A DNA stretch of 63,980 nt, filler included, from Olpidium bornovanus S191 (taxonomy: Eukaryota; Fungi; Olpidiomycota): assembly GCA_017911155.1 (NCBI GenBank). It is 27 parts of 27 records of this genome, joined end to end, with 100 filler letters (N's around TTAATTAATTAA, not from the genome) between each part and the next. Parts side by side here need not be neighbours in the genome. Positions count along the whole stretch, not along the records: positions 52,736 to 57,190 come from JAEFCI010005490.1; positions 57,291 to 58,714 come from JAEFCI010011396.1; positions 58,815 to 61,518 come from JAEFCI010006551.1; positions 61,619 to 63,980 come from JAEFCI010010042.1; 23 more parts are not named here. The stretch is one strand, 5' to 3'. Position 1 is the stretch's first letter; the number at the start of each line of letters is the position of its first letter. Below are positions 57,179 to 63,980 of this stretch, piece by piece. Under the pieces are notes generated by a model. That model searched no databases and was not told where the DNA came from. It saw nothing but the letters and a program-made list of their open reading frames with translations. The translations under genes and the position numbers were made by a program.

Positions 57179-59701
57179 AAAAAAAACACCNNNNNNNNNN
57201 NNNNNNNNNNNNNNNNNNNNNNNNNNNNNNNNNNTTAATTAATTAANNNNNNNNNNNNNNNNNNNNNNNNNNNNNNNNNNNNNNNNNNNNACATGCAGCC
57301 CGCGGGCGCGCCCGCGCACCCCACCCCTGCGTCGTGAGAGGGGGGAAAGGCTTTCCGACGACGACGCGGAGAACGCGAAAAAAAAAACATATGCCGTCGT
57401 ACCGGCGTCCCCCCCCTATCTTCCCCCCTCGCCACCCCCCTTGCGCCTCTTTTCAGGGCGTCTGCGGCGGCGGCGGCGGCCGGGGCGCGCTTCGCAACGC
57501 GCTCGGGTCGGCGGCGTCGCTCCCTTCCGAATAAGGAGACCCGGAGCGCGCGAGCGAGCGGCACAACGGGTTTCGAAACCACTACACGTCGGAACCGGTA
57601 GCCGCCGGAATCCTCCGCAGATGAGCGAGCGCGCCCCCCCGCGAGCCGGCGGGCGCCGGCGGGAGGGGAAGCCGCGGGCAGTCGGCGACCGCTCCGGCGG
57701 GGCGGCGGAACCGGAAGTACGCTAGAGTTCGCCTGGGAGTAGTTGCTGCACCGGCGCCTCGCAGAGGAGTGGCAGGCGGCGGCGGCGCGCGCAGAAAGAC
57801 TGGTGTCCGCAATTTCCTCCGCGCGCACGGACGAAACAGGGAGGGGAACGTCCGGCCTGGACGCGTCTCTCTGACCGTTCGCTCGCCCGCTCGCGCACCC
57901 GCGCCGGCTGCCCCACTCTTCCCCCCCACCAAAAAAAAAAACAAAACAAAACAAAAAATATTTTATCCCCCTTCCAGCCCTCTCTCCCCTCCCCGCGCAC
58001 TCGGAATCCCGGCCGCCAGACGTCCGGGAGGTGTTTCTCGGTGCGCGTGCGCGATTCTCGAAACGCCTGGGTTTACGAGGAGTTTCAGCGGAGGTACGCC
58101 CGGCTGAGGGAGGAGGCGGAGCGCGCGTGCGCAAGGAGCGACGCGCTGCCGGACAACGTGCGGAGGAAGGCGCCGGCGGTTTTCGCCTGGGCTTCAAAAA
58201 ATAGTTGGCGCGCGCGCCTCCATTACGTCCCCGACGGCGTGTGTTCCCGATGTGCTCCTCGTCTCGCCGGCGCACGCGCAACAGGGTTTTTGCCACCCCG
58301 GGGCGGCGCCGCGGAATGTTTTTTTCTCGCATAAGCACATCCCTCGTGGCCGGGGTCAGCAGCCGGCGTCTGCATCGTACGATACGTTTTAAATTGCGGG
58401 GCCGGATGCTCCGTCCTTGCATTCTCACTTTCTGTATCGAGGCTACGGTGGCCCGCCGAATTCGGGCCCACACGCCCGCTCGCGATGAAAGGTTTGGGAT
58501 TGATTCCGCAAAGAATCGCGCAAGTCTCGTGGCCGTCGGGACAGAAGGAGGAGGGGAAGGAAGGTGGGGGGCAAGGGATGGAAAGGTCATCTGCCCGCCC
58601 AGGGGATACTCTTCGTGCCACACGCAAAAGGGGGCGCGGATCGCGCGCGCGTCGCGGTGGCTGGTGCAATTTCGAGGGGGGTTGAGGAAGTTGCCAGCGC
58701 CCGCAATGCATGTANNNNNNNNNNNNNNNNNNNNNNNNNNNNNNNNNNNNNNNNNNNNTTAATTAATTAANNNNNNNNNNNNNNNNNNNNNNNNNNNNNN
58801 NNNNNNNNNNNNNNCCGCGTCACGTGGCGCGGTCCTCCCGGCCGGACGTGGAGGTCCCGGTACGCGGCCTCTGATTATCATTTGTATTGATTGCATTGTG
58901 TTCAGTCATATGCTCGTGTGATTACACGCCCATGCTACTACAAGATATGGCCGGGCTATCCGCGAAGGCGGGCAGATGCACGAAACCCGGTGCGCAAACG
59001 GCGAGCGAAGAGACTCGAACGCTCTGTAAAATTTTGTGCCCAAGGACGTAGTCGGGACAGTTGCCGCTTTCGCGGCGGTATGTCGAATTTCGCAGATTAT
59101 GCGGGGACAGACCGGTGCCCATGAAGTACCGCAGAGGTTTTTGACATGCCTCCCTCGCCCCCTTCTTCCCCTCCTCACCCCCCTTCTCTTTTTCAAAGAA
59201 AAAAAAACTTTGCCGAAGGGGAAAAAAAATCACATGTGCTTGCTTCTGGTTTACCTAAAGGAGTCGCCAGATTGGGGTTGTTAGCCTGGTCGCTCGTAGA
59301 CTTGTTAAGCCGTTTCTAGAGGAGTCGAGCGAAGGTTGTAGTGGCTTAAATGTGGGCGTTCCCGGGAAGCTCGAACGCTTTGCTTTTCCAAAAATCCGCG
59401 GGCATCCCCCTCTGACGGGTCACGAAACAAGGTTCTCCCGGGGCAAAAGCGCCAATAGGAATTAACTATTCGGCTTCTGCCAGTTCGACTGTACTCAGGA
59501 ATTTACCGGTCAACAGGACAGCATGGTCATCAATCCTCTCCTAAAGCCGTCATCAGATATTTGCCCCCGTTCTGCCTTTTCTCATTCAGTGAGTTCATCG
59601 ACAGTTCACGCCAGGCAAGATTGGCTCCAGCACTTAATATTTTTGGAAAAAGCGGAAACGACTAAGTTCTTGCGGGCGGGCCTTGCAAAACGGGAGGCTG
59701 G

Positions 59702-61400
59702 TTAAACTCCATGCAGGGCGAAGTCGGACTCCGAGGGTGGAATTATGAACTGTTGTTGAGAGTAACCGCGATTGCACATGTACTCGACCATGAAGTACGA
59801 GTCTTCGCTGCCAACATCGGTGGAAAAAATAGGCTCGTCATAATCGTTATCCGAGTCGAACAAAGACGGGTAGGCCGGTAGCGAAAGCAGAGACGGCATG
59901 GCGTGAGGAGGCGTGGCCGAAAACGGAACAGCTCGAAGCGGCGTCGTATGTTCGACGCCGCCGAAATCTTCCTCTGCCGTAAACCTGTTGTAGGATTGGC
60001 AGAGAGCTGCCGGAAAAATCGTCGGGTCAGGGTATTCCGAGACCTCCAGATGTCTGGAAGCGTATTTCTCATTATCCGAGTCGCCCGTTCTCCGGCTGCG
60101 GTCTTTGTCGCCTTGCGGGTTGGGATCTAAAAGATTGCCGTCGTTGCCCTCATCGATGGGTCCGTTGGGGGCGCGGGGCGCTTCGCTGACGAGTGGTGAG
60201 ATGTTTGTATCACGCAAAATGCGGCGGACAGGAATTCTGATCTTCATCGGAGCCAGACTGGTGTATGTCGATGGTGGATCGTAAAGTTCAGATAATTTGA
60301 CAACCTCCTCTTTGGCCGCGGACGCCGCCGCGTACGCGGGTTCGCTGCTCGATTTGGCGGCCGCGTCGTTCCCTTTATGAAACATCCTTCGCCTTTCGTT
60401 GCGCGCTAAGCCAGTCCTGAGCACGGGCTCCCTGTCAGGAAGGGATGGAGATTCCGTTTCGGAATCGAGTTCGGATATCTCGGAGTGTCTCCTCTTCGGG
60501 GGTTTCCTCTGCCTACTATTCGCGGTCCTTTTGCGTGCCAAGCGCTTGTACTTCTGCGAGGTTTGCGATGTTGACGATTTCCGGCGCCGGAAGCGCCGGG
60601 CCTGGGCGAATTCTTGCTGTACGCGGATTCGAGCAAGCTCCGGGAAATCCGAAGGAACAGGAAGATTATCGGGCGGCGCATCTGCAAAACGCGTTAACGT
60701 CGCTGATATTGTTCACAACAGGAAAGTTACAGCGTTCAGTAAAAAAAAAAGAAAAAAAAGGCAACAAAAACTCACGTTCATTCGCGATGTAGACTACGAC
60801 GTGGGTGGTGGAGCTCCCGTTTGGGACGCTGAACCTCTTCTTTATTAGGCCGCCCGGCCCTTTCATAATGAAAGTTCCTTTCGTGCTGCCGACGACCTTA
60901 CGACAAACAGAGAAAAACCAGGGATTATCCACTTCTCGCAAAAGAAAAAAAATTTTGCAACGAAAGTCATACCTGTAAACCGCTCTCCTTGAGTTCGTTT
61001 GGAACCCCTGAGCAGTTTGGTCCACCGCCCGCGCGGCGGCCGATCTTGCGTTCCAGTTCGCGGTAGACCAGCCAGTCTCCTAGTATTCTCGACGGTGACC
61101 ATATCTTCCCGTCCGTCCAACTGGCAGAAACACGGGGGGAAAAGAAAGGTGATGCGAGTTAGCCTCGGACCACCAGAGCTGTTGGGAACGCCGCGCGGGG
61201 CAGTGTCGTCGTATCGCCACCGTTTGATTCCGCTTTCTTCCTCGTCGAACACGAAGACGCTTCCGGGACGGATCGCCGTGCATTCCTCCGCGGCCCGCGC
61301 CATGGCACGCTTCAGGACGCCGTCCGAACATGCCCCTGCGAGAGCCGATAAGAGGCGAGCGTCACTGAGGTGAACAGGGTGACGGCAGCGTGCGAGACGG
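59702..61400 (-). CDS. Gti1/Pac2 (WOPR) family transcription factor; start approximate
   Basis: IRPGSVFVFDEEESGIKR|WTDGKIWSPSRILGDWLVYRE (WOPRa) and GLIKKRFSV..HVVVY (WOPRb). Confidence 0.92.
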
Positions 61401-61618
61401 GCGGAGGGGGCGAAGGGGGGGAAGGTGGAGGGGGGGGGGGGGGGAGGGGGAAGAGGGGGGGGGGGGGGGGGGGGACGAGCGCAAAGTTCACACAACACGC
61501 ACACACCTATGATGCGGANNNNNNNNNNNNNNNNNNNNNNNNNNNNNNNNNNNNNNNNNNNNTTAATTAATTAANNNNNNNNNNNNNNNNNNNNNNNNNN
61601 NNNNNNNNNNNNNNNNNN

Positions 61619-63049
61619 CCATGATTAGACGAGCCGTAAACCGTGAGTGGCTGCGTTATCGACGGTGAAACCCACGTGCCAATCCAGCGTCGTTACGTCC
61701 TTCGCTTCTTCCGGAATCGGCAGGTGAGGGAGCACACGCGACTCTGCCATATTCCCCCGCACTGTCCAAATTCTTGCTGTCGCGTCACCAGCACTGGAAA
61801 TAGCGCCGTGCTAAAGCGTCAGGAGAAACCGCACGTTACCTGTCCAAATTGATAATCTCACGCAGGTACGTACCCTGATGCAAGCTCATTTGGGTCGTTC
61901 GGATTCCATGCGCAGACGAAGACCGACGCCGTGTGACCCCGCAGTGTCAGGACATCATTCTCCGGCGAATAAGCTGCCGACTCGTCTTTTACTTTTGGTA
62001 TCAGCTCGTTCGCGATAAGGTTCTCGTCAACTGTATCTGGACGCGTGCGGGGGAAGAATACGGTTAAGCTTACACCTTCAGCAAGCCAAGGGGAATTCAC
62101 ACCTTGCAGGAGCGACCACCGCACGACGATCGCGCTTGCCTGCGTCGTCGTCCGACTTTGAAGGAGACAGAGGCGCTCCCTCGCTAACGGCGCCGACGAC
62201 GCCGGCGTCGCCATCAGCAGTGCCCGGTGGCCCACCCGGGCGCGCTGCCTTTTCCGATTCGCCTCGGTCCATCTCTTCCCTCACTCGCGTTCTGGCAACT
62301 TTTCGCCTCTTGTCTTTCTCCGCGGCCACTCGCCCCCAACCTCTATTTGATTCCTCCCGGCCGTCGTTCTCCAGCGACAGCTGGAGGCTTCTCCGCTTCG
62401 AAGGCTTCGCATCCCGGTCGCATTTGTGCGTGTGCGGTGTGAGGATTGAAAATGGCGCCCTGCACTCTCGTTCATCGCCGTCCTTGCCAGCCGAAAAAAG
62501 AAGCCAACATTAAGCCAAAGAAGTTGCGATCAGGCAATCGCCAATGGTGGCGCCGAAGGCAAAACAGCCGCGGTTTCTTCTGGGTTACAGCACGCATCGC
62601 AAACTGCAGCTACCTCATTCAGGTGCGCCTCCATAATCAAGAACTGCAGTCCCTTCTGCAATGTCCGGATCAGAGCTCCGCGTTTCACTTCGCCATCAAC
62701 CCTGCTCGTTGCCGCCCTGTCGACACGTGACTCGGTCTGGAACACAAAAAGAGAATGTTCGAAGCCTGGAGGTCCGAGAAGCCTACCTGTCAGCAGCAGT
62801 CGGGTCTGCCAACGGACCAAACGTGACGGGCATCCTCGACTCCGGCCGCGTTCACGGCTCGACATTGCCGCATGGACGGCGGCGGATTGCCGCGGGTATT
62901 GCGACTTCGCATATTCCTCGAGACGGAAGTTTTCCAGTAAATGCCGTCGCCAACGCATCCAAGACTGCGCATGCCTACCAAGGAGGGCAGCTTTTGTCGC
63001 GCAGAGGCTGGGCAATTTTTTCTTCGGGCAACACCCCCCCCTTTTTCCC

Positions 63050-63095
<46 letters not shown>

Positions 63096-63165
63096 CCGGC
63101 GGCTCACCTGACTCCTGCATGTACCTGCATATAAGATGGTTCACGTCTTCACTGGTGAAGGTCAT
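61619..63165 (-). CDS. TBL1: LisH/WD40 corepressor subunit TBL1/Sif2-like, 3' partial
   Basis: MTFTSEDVNHLICRYMQES|GFEHSLFVF..GALIRTLQKGLQF (LisH region); LRGHTASVFVCAWNP..LASG|..GDATARIW. Confidence 0.92.
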
Positions 63166-63916
63166 ATCGGAGAGCGGCCAGGGCTTACCCACACAGGGAG
63201 TAAAAGGCGAATCGCGAGGCTTCCGTCGGTGGGAGGCTGGCGGGCGGCGGGGTGTTTGACGGGCGACGGAGGGTGCGTCTCCTCTCTGCGGACGAACCTT
63301 TTAAGCGGTCAAGACTTCCCCGCCGCGGTTGGGGCACGTTCGGGTTACGCCCTGCTGGGATTCTTCGGGGGGTGGGGGAAGTGGGGCCGGCTAATTTTTT
63401 TTTTTTTTTTTTTTTTCCTCCGGATCGTCCGCTACACACCCGCCGGCATTCCAACCGAGACATTTGGTTCGAATGGATGTGAACTCGACTGTAGAGCATT
63501 CTTCTGGGTAGGAGAAGGTCGCAACTTTCACCCATGGTCGGCCAGCTGTCAATACCAGGCTTATTGCTTATCTATGTCAACACCTACGGCGGCCGCTTCA
63601 TTGCAGCTGTAAAGTGTGCGTACTTGGTGCAGCCACAGCCGCAAGTCCAGGCCCTGAGCCCAGCTAGGAGTTGGGAGCCAGTGCGCACATTTGGTCCATG
63701 CTGGCGGCCCTTGCTGAGGAACATAGTCGTTGTGACAGCGTTTGTACAACCAAATCCATATCAATCTCCGGCAACTACTTCTGGCTTCATTAAAGTATCA
63801 GATGCTTCTTGCCCGCTGCTTGTAGCTGACCGCCTCACCCTCCGATTGCGAATGAGCTGGTAACATGTTTGGGCGCTGGGGATTTCGGGGGAAAACGCTG
63901 TTCCTTAAAGCGGCCG

Positions 63917-63926
63917 GTCACGTGAC
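63917..63926. promoter_or_regulatory. Palindromic E-box GTCACGTGAC (Cbf1/USF/CLEAR-type); also at 5057, 15871 and 35573, with variants at 26788, 34357 and 41421
   Basis: Perfect 10-bp palindrome recurring in non-coding DNA upstream of genes. Confidence 0.55.
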
Positions 63927-63980
63927 ACACGACGCGTAGGATTATAACTATGAGTAGCGGCTCCAAATATTCCCACCCAA

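Noticed and set aside
55901-57238. Long plus-strand ORFs opposite Twinkle (and similar shadows opposite UFD4, IDH2, HMGCL and the WD40 gene)
   Set aside because: Expected antisense open frames in GC-rich coding DNA; no independent motif or conservation evidence, unlike the repeat-borne gene.
57700-58334. Coiled-coil-like plus-strand exons (LLHRRLAEEWQ..; AWVYEEFQRRYARLREEAE)
   Set aside because: Probably coding but unassignable, and boundaries are unsupported.
1-63980. rRNA, tRNA genes, CRISPR arrays, operon-like clusters
   Set aside because: None recognised by eye; gene neighbourhood across spacers is artificial, so no cluster can be inferred.

Overview
This window is not one locus. It is about 27 short contigs (1-9 kb) of a GC-rich, intron-containing fungal draft genome, joined by an artificial 100-nt spacer (44 N + TTAATTAATTAA + 44 N), so adjacency across spacers is meaningless. 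Gene content points to an early-diverging, probably zoosporic fungus (inference): a fungal WOPR/Gti1-Pac2 factor, a ZC2HC1-like protein, a Twinkle helicase and TTAGGG repeats. Recognisable spliced genes, mostly truncated by contig ends, are cyclin B, NAA10/ARD1, a D-Ala-D-Ala-ligase-like ATP-grasp protein, a Frm2/Hbn1-type nitroreductase, TFIIS, ZC2HC1-like, UFD4/TRIP12 HECT E3, POS5-like NAD(H) kinase, HMG-CoA lyase, a coiled-coil WD40 protein, an Ies2-like fragment, DENND6, an ammonium transporter, IDH2, Twinkle, WOPR and TBL1/SIF2. Many decayed Ty1/copia and Ty3/gypsy fragments lie between them. The most striking observation is a two-copy, intron-containing gene of unknown function under apparent purifying selection. 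It sits antisense between a Ty3/gypsy integrase C-terminus and a PPT plus TG..CA LTR-like block, which suggests a retrotransposon with a spliced antisense accessory gene. All assignments come from motif recognition by eye; no searches were run.
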